DNA from: an uncultured Acetatifactor sp. | GTDB taxonomy: Bacteria > Bacillota > Clostridia > Lachnospirales > Lachnospiraceae | Direction: 5' to 3' | Assembly (NCBI GenBank): GCA_964475665.1 | Contig: CAYZAU010000011.1 | Coordinates: 3,520-67,519 of the forward strand | DNA: 64,000 nucleotides | Shown: piece by piece, positions 31,075 to 40,799 of the stretch | Layout: each line of letters begins with the position of its first letter | How positions within the stretch are numbered: position 1 is the first letter of the stretch | Translations under genes and position numbers: made by a program | Notes under the pieces: model-generated | What the model saw: only the letters and a program-made list of their open reading frames with translations | Database searches by the model: none | Told to the model about the DNA's origin: nothing

Positions 31075-32932
31075 GGAAGAATTAAAAAAGCTCCCGAAGG
31101 AGCCGGGCGTCTATATCATGCGTGATGACAAGGATGTAATTTTGTATGTGGGTAAGGCAGTCAACCTCCATAACCGTGTGAGGTCGTACTTTCGGGAAAA
31201 TATCGGCAGGGGACCTGCAATCGATAAAATGGTTACGCTGATTGCCCGCTTTGAGTATATTGTCACGGACTCCGAGCTGGAGGCGCTTGTGCTGGAAAAC
31301 AACCTGATTAAGGAGTACTCCCCCAAGTACAATACGCTTCTGAAGGATGATAAAACCTATCCTTATATCAAGGTGACGCTGGGGGAGGAGTATCCCCGCA
31401 TTTTGTTTTCGCGAACCATGAAAAAGGATAAGTCGCGGTATTTCGGACCGTATACCAGTGCGGCGGCGGTGAAGGATACCATTGAGCTGCTGAATAAGCT
31501 CTATAAGCTCAGAACCTGCAACCGTACCCTTCCCAGAGATACGGGAGCGGAGCGCCCCTGTCTGAATTATCATATCGGGCAGTGCCTTGCACCCTGCCAG
31601 GGATATGCCGACAGGGAGCAGTACAGGGAGCAGGTAGACAGGGCACTTGCCTTCTTAAACGGAAGCCACCATACCATATTGAAGGAGCTGGAGACAAAAA
31701 TGCAGACGGCTGCGGAGGCTCTGGACTTTGAGGCTGCTGCGGAATACAGGGATTTATATAACAGTGTCAGACAGGTTTCCCAGAAACAGAAGATTACGGA
31801 CAGTGTCGGCGAGGATAAGGATGTGCTTGCCCTGTATCAGGATGGGGCGGAGGCGGTTGTACAGGTGTTCTTTGTGCGGGACGGAAAGCTGATAGGCAGA
31901 GAGCATTACTACATGACACAAGTGTCAACAACGGACAAGAGGGCTGTTTTGGGGGAGTTTGTGAAGCAGTTTTACGCCGGAACCCCTTTTATCCCCAGGG
32001 AGCTGATGCTGCAGTATGAGATTGAGGACGGAGAGCTGATTGAGAGATGGCTTTCCGAGAGGAAGGGTGCGAGGGTTTATGTCAGGGTGCCCAAAATCGG
32101 TGCGAAGGAAAAGCTGGTAGAGCTTGCGGCACAGAATGCAAGGCACGTTCTGGAGCAGGACAGAGAGCGGCTGAAGCGGGAGGAGGGACGCACCATCGGT
32201 GCGGTGAAGGAGCTTGCTGCGATTCTGGGGATGAGCGGCATTGAGCGGATGGAGGCATTCGATATCTCCAACATAAACGGCTTCGAGAATGTCGGCTCCA
32301 TGATTGTGTTTGAAAAGGGAAAGCCAAAGCCCAGCGACTATCGGAAGTTCCGTATCCGAACCGTGTCGGGACCGGATGATTATGCCTGTATGCGGGAGGT
32401 GCTGATGCGCCGCTTTACGCACGGCATGGAGGAGCGGGAGGAGCTTAAGCGGGACGGAATGGAGGACGGATACGGCAGCTTTACAAGGTTTCCGGATTTG
32501 ATTATGATGGACGGAGGGCGAGGACAGGTGAACATCGCCCTCTCGGTGCTGGAGGAGCTTCGGCTTTCCATTCCCGTCTGCGGCATGGTCAAGGATGATA
32601 ATCACAGGACGAGGGGACTGTACTTTAATAACCTAGAGCTGCCCATTGACAGCCGTTCGGAGGGCTTTAAGCTGATTACCAGGGTGCAGGATGAGGCACA
32701 CCGTTTTGCCATTGAGTATCACCGCTCATTAAGGAGTAAGACACAGGTGAAATCGGTGCTGGATGACATACCGGGAGTGGGACCGGTGAGAAGAAAGGCG
32801 CTGATGCGGCATTTCCGGTCGATTGAGGAAGTGAAAAACGCATCGGTGGAGGAGCTGCTTGCCCTGCCGGAGCTGAACCGAAGGGCGGCGGAGGATATTT
32901 ACGGATTTTTCCGAAGGCAACAGAATACTTAA
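31061..32932 (+). CDS. uvrC: Excinuclease ABC subunit C
   Basis: GIY-YIG (PGVYIM...[10 protein letters not shown]), UVR domain, [24 protein letters not shown], HhH IPGVG. Confidence 0.97.
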   Translation: MFHFEEELKKLPKEPGVYIMRDDKDVILYVGKAVNLHNRVRSYFRENIGRGPAIDKMVTLIARFEYIVTDSELEALVLENNLIKEYSPKYNTLLKDDKTYPYIKVTLGEEYPRILFSRTMKKDKSRYFGPYTSAAAVKDTIELLNKLYKLRTCNRTLPRDTGAERPCLNYHIGQCLAPCQGYADREQYREQVDRALAFLNGSHHTILKELETKMQTAAEALDFEAAAEYRDLYNSVRQVSQKQKITDSVGEDKDVLALYQDGAEAVVQVFFVRDGKLIGREHYYMTQVSTTDKRAVLGEFVKQFYAGTPFIPRELMLQYEIEDGELIERWLSERKGARVYVRVPKIGAKEKLVELAAQNARHVLEQDRERLKREEGRTIGAVKELAAILGMSGIERMEAFDISNINGFENVGSMIVFEKGKPKPSDYRKFRIRTVSGPDDYACMREVLMRRFTHGMEEREELKRDGMEDGYGSFTRFPDLIMMDGGRGQVNIALSVLEELRLSIPVCGMVKDDNHRTRGLYFNNLELPIDSRSEGFKLITRVQDEAHRFAIEYHRSLRSKTQVKSVLDDIPGVGPVRRKALMRHFRSIEEVKNASVEELLALPELNRRAAEDIYGFFRRQQNT

Positions 32933-33027
32933 GTTCTTCCCATAAAGGTTTTCCTGTGGTAAGATGATTGTAACCGTAACGTGAACGGAGCCGGAGGAGG
33001 GCAGGAGGGACTGCCCGATGCCGGAGA

Positions 33028-33984
33028 ATGGAGGAAAACATGGAATATGTCGCTTTGACCCGCCTGATTGAAAAGATGAAGCTGGAAAATCTGACACCGG
33101 AGCTGAAGGTGAAGGACATCAAAATCACCCAGCCGGACATCAACCGTCCCGCGCTGCAGATGACGGGCTTTTTTGAGCACTTTGATGCCACGCGCCTGCA
33201 GGTGATAGGCTTTGTGGAATACACCTATATGGAGAGCCTTACGGATGAGCGCAAGCGGGAGATATATGATGAGCTGATGGAGTATGATATTCCGGCGTTT
33301 GTTTTCTGCCGTGAGCTTAAGCCGGATGAGCTGTTCCGCAGGGCGGCCATCGCCCATCAGATTCCGGTGCTTTCCACCACGAAATCGACCTCCGGCTTTA
33401 TGGCGGAGGCTATCAGGTGGCTGAATGTGAAGCTTGCTCCCTGTATCTCCGTGCACGGCGTGCTTGTGGATGTCTACGGAGAGGGCGTCCTGATTACCGG
33501 GGAGAGCGGAATCGGTAAGTCGGAGGCGGCACTGGAGCTGATAAAAAGAGGGCATCGTCTGGTGACGGATGATGTGGTGGAGCTGAGAAAGGTGAGCGAT
33601 GATACCCTGATAGGCTCTGCGCCGGATGTGACAAAGCATCTTATTGAGCTGCGGGGCATCGGCATCGTGGACGTGAAGGCTCTTTACGGTGCATGTGCGG
33701 TAAAGGATACGGCGAGCATCGATCTTGCCATCCGTCTGGAGGACTGGGATAAGGATAAGGAATACGACAGGCTGGGGCTGGAGGAGACCTATACGGAGTA
33801 TCTCGGCAATAAGATTGTGTGCCACAACATTCCGATACGTCCGGGTCGGAATCTGGCGATTATCTGTGAGTCGGCAGCCGTAAACCACCGCCAGAAGAAG
33901 ATGGGCTATAATGCAGCACAGGAGCTGTATGCCCGTGTGCAGAACTCTCTGGCAAGAAAGAGAGATGAGGACGAAGAGGAGTAG
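33028..33984 (+). CDS. hprK: HPr kinase/phosphorylase
   Basis: HGVLVDVYGEGVLITGESGIGKSEAALELIKRGHRLVTDD; ELRGIGI; PIRPGRNLA. Confidence 0.97.
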   Translation: MEENMEYVALTRLIEKMKLENLTPELKVKDIKITQPDINRPALQMTGFFEHFDATRLQVIGFVEYTYMESLTDERKREIYDELMEYDIPAFVFCRELKPDELFRRAAIAHQIPVLSTTKSTSGFMAEAIRWLNVKLAPCISVHGVLVDVYGEGVLITGESGIGKSEAALELIKRGHRLVTDDVVELRKVSDDTLIGSAPDVTKHLIELRGIGIVDVKALYGACAVKDTASIDLAIRLEDWDKDKEYDRLGLEETYTEYLGNKIVCHNIPIRPGRNLAIICESAAVNHRQKKMGYNAAQELYARVQNSLARKRDEDEEE

Positions 33985-33987
33985 GGT

Positions 33988-34926
33988 ATGGGCAGATACG
34001 CATTCGGGGTTGATATTGGAGGAACGACGGTAAAGCTGGGGCTTTTTGACGGGCAGGGCAGACTGCTGGACAAGTGGGAGATACCCACGGTCAGGGATAA
34101 CGGCGGAGAGGCAATTCTGCCCGATGTCGCGGCGAGCCTTAAGGCAAAGATACAGGAGAAGGGGCTTCGTAAGGAGGAGCTTGCGGGAATCGGCGTGGGA
34201 GCACCCGGAGCGGTGGACGATGACGGGATGATGCCGGCGGGCGCTGTCAATCTGGGCTGGGGTTCCTTTAACATATCTGAGACGCTGCGTGCATATATTG
34301 ATGTACCGGTAAAGGCGGCAAATGATGCGAACGCGGCAGCCTTCGGTGAAATGTGGCAGGGCGGCGGCAAGGGATACCGGAACATGGTGGCAGTGACACT
34401 GGGCACCGGAGTCGGCGGCGGCATCATCGTGAACGGGAGTATCCTTGCAGGGGCAGTGGGTGCCGGAGGTGAAATCGGGCACATTCACGTAAACGATGAC
34501 GAGACAGAGGTGTGCGGCTGCCGCAATAAGGGCTGCCTGGAGCAGTATACCTCCGCGACGGGAATTGTACGTCTGGCACGCAGACGTCTGGCGGAGGATG
34601 CAAGGGAAAGTGTGCTCAGAGAGGGAGAGCTGTCGGCGAAGATGGTGTTTGATGCGGTGAGGGCGGGAGATGCCGTCGCCGTGGAGATTGCCGGGCGCTT
34701 CGGCGAGTATCTCGGAAAGGGGCTTGCCACGGTGGCAGCCGTGGTAAATCCGGAAATCTTCGTCATTGGCGGCGGGGTATCAAAGGCGGGAGAAATCCTG
34801 CTCTCCTACGTGAAGCCGGTCTTTGAAAAGTATGCTTTTCCGGCGTGCCGCGGTACAAAATTTGCACTCGCAAGGCTGGGGAATGATGCCGGAATCTACG
34901 GAGCCGCCGGACTTCTGCTCCGATAA
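33988..34926 (+). CDS. glcK: ROK family glucokinase
   Basis: GVDIGGT, NDANAAA, TLGTGVGGG, GEIGH, CGCRNKGCLE. Confidence 0.9.
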   Translation: MGRYAFGVDIGGTTVKLGLFDGQGRLLDKWEIPTVRDNGGEAILPDVAASLKAKIQEKGLRKEELAGIGVGAPGAVDDDGMMPAGAVNLGWGSFNISETLRAYIDVPVKAANDANAAAFGEMWQGGGKGYRNMVAVTLGTGVGGGIIVNGSILAGAVGAGGEIGHIHVNDDETEVCGCRNKGCLEQYTSATGIVRLARRRLAEDARESVLREGELSAKMVFDAVRAGDAVAVEIAGRFGEYLGKGLATVAAVVNPEIFVIGGGVSKAGEILLSYVKPVFEKYAFPACRGTKFALARLGNDAGIYGAAGLLLR

Positions 34927-34949
34927 AACGTAAAAAGGGAAGAAAAGAA

Positions 34950-35879
34950 ATGATTAGTGAAGCAGTTATTCAGGCAATAAAGCAATATGTACCGGAGGAG
35001 AATATCTGCTTACAGGAGCCGATGGCGGGTCACACCACGTTTCGGATAGGGGGACCTGCCGATTGTTTCGTGCAGATAGAGAGTGAGGAGCAGCTGCAGA
35101 AGGTGCAGCATTACCTCGGACTGGTGGATCTCCCCTGGGCTGTTGTGGGAAACGGCAGCAATCTTCTTGTCAGCGACAGGGGCTTTGAGGGGGTTGTTCT
35201 CCAGGTGGGAAGGAAGATGAGCCGCATCACGGTGGATGGAGACAGGGTGACGGCGCAGGCGGGGGCAACCCTTGCACAGGTCGCCCGGGTGGCGATGGAG
35301 AATGCTCTGACGGGGCTGGAGTTTGCCTCAGGCATCCCCGGAACGGTGGGCGGCGGCGTGGTGATGAATGCCGGAGCCTACGGCGGAGAGATGAGCCGCG
35401 TGGTGGAGCAGGTTATAGTGCTGGACAGAAACGGAGAGCGCATGGAGCTTGATAATTCCACCATGGAGTTCGGCTATCGCACCAGCAGTCTCCGCAGACA
35501 TTCCTTTGCCGTCACGGCGGTGACATTCAGGCTGGAGCGGGGTGACAGGGAGCAGATTAAGGAGCTGATGGAGGATTTGGCGGCAAGGAGAAGAGAGAAG
35601 CAGCCGTTAGAGTATCCCAGTGCGGGAAGTACCTTTAAGCGCCCTCAGGGTCATTATGCGGGGCAGCTGATTATGGAGGCAGGGCTTAGGGGCTTTCAGA
35701 CGGGCGGCGCAAGGGTTTCCGAGAAGCACTGTGGCTTTGTCATCAATACGGGAGAAGCGACCGCAGAGGATGTACGGGCACTTATCAGAACCGTGCAGGA
35801 GAAGGTAAAGGATAAATTTCATGTATTTCTGGAGCCGGAGGTAATATTTCTGGGATTTGAGGACGAGGAGAGAAAATGA
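34950..35879 (+). CDS. murB: UDP-N-acetylenolpyruvoylglucosamine reductase
   Basis: HTTFRIGGPAD, GNGSNLLV, GIPGTVGG..MNAGAYG, QPLEYPSAGSTFKRP, VSEKHCGF. Confidence 0.97.
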   Translation: MISEAVIQAIKQYVPEENICLQEPMAGHTTFRIGGPADCFVQIESEEQLQKVQHYLGLVDLPWAVVGNGSNLLVSDRGFEGVVLQVGRKMSRITVDGDRVTAQAGATLAQVARVAMENALTGLEFASGIPGTVGGGVVMNAGAYGGEMSRVVEQVIVLDRNGERMELDNSTMEFGYRTSSLRRHSFAVTAVTFRLERGDREQIKELMEDLAARRREKQPLEYPSAGSTFKRPQGHYAGQLIMEAGLRGFQTGGARVSEKHCGFVINTGEATAEDVRALIRTVQEKVKDKFHVFLEPEVIFLGFEDEERK

Positions 35880-36742
35880 GATTTGTAGTAGTAACGGGAA
35901 TGAGCGGCGGCGGAAAGAGCACCGCCCTGAAAATGCTGGAGGATGCAGGCTTTTACTGTGTGGACAACCTGCCGATTTCGCTGGTTGAGAAGTTTGTGGA
36001 GCTGGTATCCATGCCCAACAGCGAAATCAGTAAGGTGGTTCTGGGGCTGGATGTGAGGGCAGACCAGTCCTTTGAGGACGCGACCAGAATTTTGGGGCAG
36101 CTGAAGGAAAAGGGTTATCAGTTTGAAATCCTTTTCATGGATGCAGGGGAAGCCGCGCTGATAAAGCGTTACAAGGAATCGAGGCGTGTACATCCGCTTG
36201 CCGCGGACGGCAGGGTGGAGGACGGTGTGCGCAGGGAGCGCAGGGCGCTGGAGCAGATTCGCAGCAGTGCGGATTATGTCATTGATACAACAAACCTTCT
36301 GACAAGAGAGCTGAAGGCGGAGCTTGACCGTATTTTTGTGGAAAACGGCGAATATAACAGTCTCATGGTGACAGTGATGTCATTTGGCTTTAAGCACGGG
36401 ATACCCGTGGATGCAGACCTTGTATTTGATGTCAGATTCCTGCCGAATCCGTTCTATGTGGAGGCTTTGAAGTTTAAGACGGGCAACGACCGGGAGGTGC
36501 GGGACTATTGTATGTCCTTTGAGGAGTCGGAGGTATTTATGCAGAAGCTGACGGATATGGTGCAGTTTCTGATTCCCAACTATGTGAAGGAGGGAAAATA
36601 CAGACTGGTAATTGCCATCGGCTGTACGGGCGGCAGGCACAGAAGCGTTACCATGGCAAACGAGCTTTACGAGAGGCTTAAGGATAAGGGCAACTACGGT
36701 ATGAAGCTGTACCACCGCGATGTGGAGCAGCGGGGTATTTGA
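35876..36742 (+). CDS. rapZ: RapZ/YvcJ P-loop nucleotide-binding protein
   Basis: VTGMSGGGKS, FYCVDNLP, SFGFKHG, DVRFLPNPF, IGCTGGRHRSV. Confidence 0.95.
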   Translation: MRFVVVTGMSGGGKSTALKMLEDAGFYCVDNLPISLVEKFVELVSMPNSEISKVVLGLDVRADQSFEDATRILGQLKEKGYQFEILFMDAGEAALIKRYKESRRVHPLAADGRVEDGVRRERRALEQIRSSADYVIDTTNLLTRELKAELDRIFVENGEYNSLMVTVMSFGFKHGIPVDADLVFDVRFLPNPFYVEALKFKTGNDREVRDYCMSFEESEVFMQKLTDMVQFLIPNYVKEGKYRLVIAIGCTGGRHRSVTMANELYERLKDKGNYGMKLYHRDVEQRGI

Positions 36743-36759
36743 GAATCAGGTGAGAATAT

Positions 36760-37635
36760 ATGTCATTTTCGGGTGAGGTGAAGGAGGAGCTGGCGAGGAA
36801 CATCAGTCCGGCAAGACATTGTCAGATTGCGGAGCTGGCCGCCATATTGAGCTTCTGCGGGCAGTACGGCAGGGATGGGGAGGGAAATTATACCATCGGC
36901 TTTCAGACGGAAAACGGGGCTGTCATCAGAAAAGGCTTTACATTATTGAAAAAAACATATAATATAGATACGGATGTTCCCCTGACGGAGGAAATGATGC
37001 AGGGACTGCTGCAAAAGACGGGTAATCCGGAGAAGCCGGTGAGTGCACTGCTGATTAAGAATGCCTGTTGTCAGAGAGCGTTTCTCAGGGGAGCGTTTCT
37101 GAGTGTCGGCTCAATGAGTGACCCCGCGAAGGGGTATCATCTGGAATTTGACTGTAGCGATGAGGCGAAGGCGAAGCAGCTGCAGCAGCTGATTGCAGGC
37201 TTTGACATTGATTCAAGGATTATCCTTCGCAAAAAATATCATGTGGTCTATCTGAAGGAAGGCTCCGGTATCGTGGATTTGCTGAATGTCTGCGGAGCAC
37301 CGGTATCCCTGATGAATCTGGAAAACTTAAGGATTCTGAAGGAGATGAGAAATTCCGTGAACAGGCGTGTGAACTGCGAGACCGCAAACATAGCAAAAAC
37401 AGTGAATGCGGCGGCGAGACAGGTGGAGGACATTGAGTATCTGAAGCGGCATTACGGCTTTCAGAACCTTTCGGAGGCGCTGAGGGAAATGGCGGAGGTT
37501 CGTCTGGAAAATCCGGATGCTCCGTTGAAGGAGCTGGGAGAGCTGTTTCATCCCCCGATTGGAAAATCAGGTGTGAATCACAGACTGCGCAAGCTAAGTG
37601 AGCTTGCTGAAAAAGTAAGAATGTCGTCGGTATAG
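36760..37635 (+). CDS. whiA: DNA-binding protein WhiA
   Basis: MSFSGEVKEEL, FLRGAFL..GSMSDP..GYHLE, NRRVNCETAN, KSGVNHRLRK. Confidence 0.95.
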   Translation: MSFSGEVKEELARNISPARHCQIAELAAILSFCGQYGRDGEGNYTIGFQTENGAVIRKGFTLLKKTYNIDTDVPLTEEMMQGLLQKTGNPEKPVSALLIKNACCQRAFLRGAFLSVGSMSDPAKGYHLEFDCSDEAKAKQLQQLIAGFDIDSRIILRKKYHVVYLKEGSGIVDLLNVCGAPVSLMNLENLRILKEMRNSVNRRVNCETANIAKTVNAAARQVEDIEYLKRHYGFQNLSEALREMAEVRLENPDAPLKELGELFHPPIGKSGVNHRLRKLSELAEKVRMSSV

Positions 37636-37674
37636 ACTTGAAGCTGCCCCGGGGGCAAAAGAGGAGGAAAAATT

Positions 37675-37935
37675 ATGACAAAGCGGAGTGTTCAGATTCA
37701 GCTGGAGAACGGACTGGAGGCAAGTCCCGTTGCCCTGCTGGTTCAGGAGGCAAGCAAGTACGACAGCACCGTATATGTCCAGTCCGGCGAGAGGAAGGTA
37801 AATGCGAAGAGCATTATGGGAATGATGAGTCTCGGGCTTGATAACGGCGAGGAGCTGGTTGTGATGGCGGACGGTGCGGATGAGGAAGCTGCGGTAACGG
37901 GCATTGAGCATTTCTTAAGCGGCAGTGCGGTTTAA
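37675..37935 (+). CDS. HPr-family protein lacking His15 (Crh-like)
   Basis: HPr pattern with NAKSIMG (Ser46) intact but GLEASP in place of GLHARP. Confidence 0.9.
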   Translation: MTKRSVQIQLENGLEASPVALLVQEASKYDSTVYVQSGERKVNAKSIMGMMSLGLDNGEELVVMADGADEEAAVTGIEHFLSGSAV

Positions 37936-38044
37936 GGGCGGAGAGAATACGGAAAAAGTTTGAGAAAAGGAAAGGGTGGAGTCAATAGAGGTATCTGTTG
38001 GTTCGCACCCTTTTTTCGCCGACAGAGTGCAGGAGGTGGAGGAC

Positions 38045-38953
38045 TTGGGCAGAAGACTTATGTTTGTCTATAATCCGAAGGCGGGAAAAGCGCAGATTCG
38101 GACAAAGCTGGCGGATATACTGGAGGTCTTTGCGGCTGCGGGATATGAGCTGACGGTCTATCCAACGGCAAAGCGGGGAGACGCGCGGCGCATCATGGAG
38201 AGCAGTGCCGGAGAGTATGATTTGGTGGTCTGCAGCGGCGGAGACGGTACGCTGGACGAGGCAGTGACGGGGATTCTTCAGAGGGGCATTCAGGTTCCCT
38301 TAGGTTATATTCCAGCAGGCAGCACAAATGACTTTGGCGGAAGCCTTGCGCTGCCAAAGAACATGGTGCAGGCGGCGGAGGTGATTGTGAAGGGCAGGGA
38401 TTTTCCCTGCGACATGGGGAGCTTTAACAGTGACGTGTTTGTCTATATTGCCGCTTTTGGGCTGTTTACCGATGTCTCGTATGAGACGGGACAGGAGATA
38501 AAGAATGTGCTGGGACATATGGCGTATTTGCTCGAGGGAGTGAAGCGCCTCTCCGGGATTCACTCCTATTTTCTGCGGGTGGAATACGCAGGCAGGGTGA
38601 TAGAGGACGAATTTATTTTCGGCATGATTACAAACTCTACCTCCGTGGGCGGCTTCAAGAACATAACGGGCAAAAACGTAAAGCTGGACGACGGCGAATT
38701 TGAGGTGACGCTGATTAAAAAGCCTAAGAATCCCGTGGAGCTGAACAATATCCTTCTCTCACTGTTGAACAGGGATATTGATGCGGGTGCCATGTACTGC
38801 TTCCGCACGGACAGGCTTGTAGTGGAATCCGCTGAGCCGGTTGCATGGACGCTGGACGGGGAGAACGGAGGCAGTCACAGGCGGGTGGAGATTCGGAATC
38901 TCTGTCGGGTACTGACCATCCGTGTGCCGCAGGAGGAAAAGGGGACTGCATAA
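38045..38953 (+). CDS. YegS/DAGK family lipid kinase
   Basis: YNPKAG, SGGDGTLDE, IPAGSTNDF, TLDGE; TTG start after AGGAGGT. Confidence 0.9.
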   Translation: MGRRLMFVYNPKAGKAQIRTKLADILEVFAAAGYELTVYPTAKRGDARRIMESSAGEYDLVVCSGGDGTLDEAVTGILQRGIQVPLGYIPAGSTNDFGGSLALPKNMVQAAEVIVKGRDFPCDMGSFNSDVFVYIAAFGLFTDVSYETGQEIKNVLGHMAYLLEGVKRLSGIHSYFLRVEYAGRVIEDEFIFGMITNSTSVGGFKNITGKNVKLDDGEFEVTLIKKPKNPVELNNILLSLLNRDIDAGAMYCFRTDRLVVESAEPVAWTLDGENGGSHRRVEIRNLCRVLTIRVPQEEKGTA

Positions 38954-38977
38954 GCAATGTATTGCTCGCAAAATATT

Positions 38978-39006
38978 TTGACAAAAATTTATCAAGGTGC
39001 TATAAT
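38978..39006 (+). promoter_or_regulatory. Consensus SigA promoter of fba
   Basis: TTGACA-17 nt-TATAAT with extended -10 TG. Confidence 0.88.
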
Positions 39007-39046
39007 GAGCCCATAGGTGGCAAATAAACGGACGGAGGTAGATATT

Positions 39047-39910
39047 ATGTTAGTTTCCGCAACAGAAATGCTGAAAAAGGCAAAGGCAGGGCATTATGCA
39101 GTAGGTCAGTTCAACATCAATAACCTGGAATGGACAAAGTCGATTCTTCTGACGGCGAAGGAGTGTAGGTCTCCCGTTATTCTGGGTGTCTCTGAGGGCG
39201 CAGGAAAGTACATGGGCGGCTATCATGCGGTAGTCGGCATGGTAAACGGACTGCTGAAGGATTTGGATATCGACGTGCCTGTTGCACTGCATCTCGACCA
39301 CGGCTCCTTCGAGGGCTGCTACAAGTGCATCGAGGCAGGCTTTTCCTCCATTATGTTCGACGGTTCCCACTACGCGATTGAGGAGAACGTCGCAAAGACA
39401 ACAGAGCTGGTAGCTGCGGCTCATGGAAAGGGACTTTCCATCGAGGCAGAGGTAGGCTCCATCGGAGGCGAGGAGGACGGCGTTGTCGGTATGGGTGAGT
39501 GCGCCGACCCGCAGGAGTGTAAGTCCATCGCGGATTTGGGAGTAGACTTTCTGGCAGCAGGAATCGGCAATATTCACGGTAAATATCCCGCAAACTGGAA
39601 GGGCTTGAGCTTTGAGACGCTGGATGCCGTTCAGCAGCTGACGGGTGAGCTTCCTCTGGTGCTTCACGGCGGCACGGGTATCCCCTCTGATATGATAAAG
39701 AAGGCAATTTCCCTGGGCGTTGCAAAGATTAACGTCAACACCGAGTGCCAGCTGGCATTTGCGGAGGCGACCCGCAAATATATTGAGGCGGGGAAGGATT
39801 TGGAAGGAAAAGGCTTTGACCCCCGTAAGCTTCTGGCTCCCGGCGCGGAGGCCATCAAGGCTACCGTAAAGGAAAAGATGGAGCTGTTTGGTTCAGTCGG
39901 AAGGGCATAA
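39047..39910 (+). CDS. fba: Class II fructose-bisphosphate aldolase
   Basis: YAVGQFNINNLEW, VALHLDHG, IMFDGSH, GNIHG, LVLHGGTG, KINVNTE. Confidence 0.96.
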   Translation: MLVSATEMLKKAKAGHYAVGQFNINNLEWTKSILLTAKECRSPVILGVSEGAGKYMGGYHAVVGMVNGLLKDLDIDVPVALHLDHGSFEGCYKCIEAGFSSIMFDGSHYAIEENVAKTTELVAAAHGKGLSIEAEVGSIGGEEDGVVGMGECADPQECKSIADLGVDFLAAGIGNIHGKYPANWKGLSFETLDAVQQLTGELPLVLHGGTGIPSDMIKKAISLGVAKINVNTECQLAFAEATRKYIEAGKDLEGKGFDPRKLLAPGAEAIKATVKEKMELFGSVGRA

Positions 39911-39919
39911 AGGAGATTG

Positions 39920-39949
39920 GCGGGAGCTGTGGGGCAGCTCCTGTTTTTC
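39920..39949 (+). terminator. Rho-independent terminator of fba
   Basis: GCGGGAGCTGT-ggg-GCAGCTCCTGT followed by TTTT. Confidence 0.8.
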
Positions 39950-40068
39950 ATAAGCCGTTTGTGCGGAGAACGTCACAAATGAGTCTTGAAGCAACATCGG
40001 AAATTGCCTGCGTGAATTGCCGGTGCGATCTCCCGGACGGAATGGAACGTTCTCGGAATGGAGTTGGT

Positions 40069-40788
40069 ATGCGTATAGCGGTTTGCGATGACGAGAAGAA
40101 AATCATAGAGGAGGTTACGGGCTATCTGCAACAGCTGCGGCACAGGGCAGAGGGCAGGATAGAAATCCATGCCTTTCAGGATGCGGGGGATTTACTGTAT
40201 GAGATAGAGGAGATGGCACCCTACGATATTATTTTTCTGGATATCGAGATAGGGGAAAACAACGGAATCTCGGTTGCGGAAAACATTAAGAAATGCTATC
40301 CCACCACGCTGATTGTTTTTATGACGGGCTTCCACCAATACGTCTACGAGGTGTTTGACGTTCAGCCCTGCGGCTTCCTCAGAAAGCCCATTAACCGGGA
40401 AGAGTTTGAGCATGTATTTGACAGGGTACTGGAGCAGTGTGACTCCAGCCCGGCTCTGGAATACAGCAGCAAGGGTCATTTTTACAGGGTTTTTCTGAAG
40501 GATATCTGGTTTATCACCAGCAGAAAGCGGCAGATTGCCCTGATGCTGAAGGACGGTGAAAGGGTTTTTTACGGAAAGCTGGATGAGGTGGAGCAGCAGC
40601 TGAATACAATGAGCAACAATTTCTGGAGAATCAGTCAGTCCGTGATTATCAATACACGTTATCTGAAGGAAATCAGCTATCACGAGGTCACGCTGGAGAA
40701 TGACGGAGACCCTTGGACCTTCAGCATCAGCCAGTCCTACAGGGTGAGTATCCGGGAAAAGTGTATGGATATGTGGAAGATGAGCTAG
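40069..40788 (+). CDS. LytTR-family response regulator (AgrA-like)
   Basis: MRIAVCDD...YDIIFLDIEIGENNG...FLRKP receiver; C-terminal FWRISQSVIIN...SISQSY LytTR motif. Confidence 0.9.
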   Translation: MRIAVCDDEKKIIEEVTGYLQQLRHRAEGRIEIHAFQDAGDLLYEIEEMAPYDIIFLDIEIGENNGISVAENIKKCYPTTLIVFMTGFHQYVYEVFDVQPCGFLRKPINREEFEHVFDRVLEQCDSSPALEYSSKGHFYRVFLKDIWFITSRKRQIALMLKDGERVFYGKLDEVEQQLNTMSNNFWRISQSVIINTRYLKEISYHEVTLENDGDPWTFSISQSYRVSIREKCMDMWKMS

Positions 40789-40799
40789 AGGGGCGGAGG

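Noticed and set aside
32929-34488. 519-aa minus-strand ORF, and similar long antisense ORFs (7833-8900, 11178-12143, 12112-13101, 47748-48926)
   Set aside because: Shadow frames of well-supported plus-strand genes; no recognisable motifs or RBS
39961-40068. Cys-containing upstream extension as a possible AgrD-like peptide
   Set aside because: In frame with the response regulator with no separate stop or SD; does not resemble an AgrD precursor
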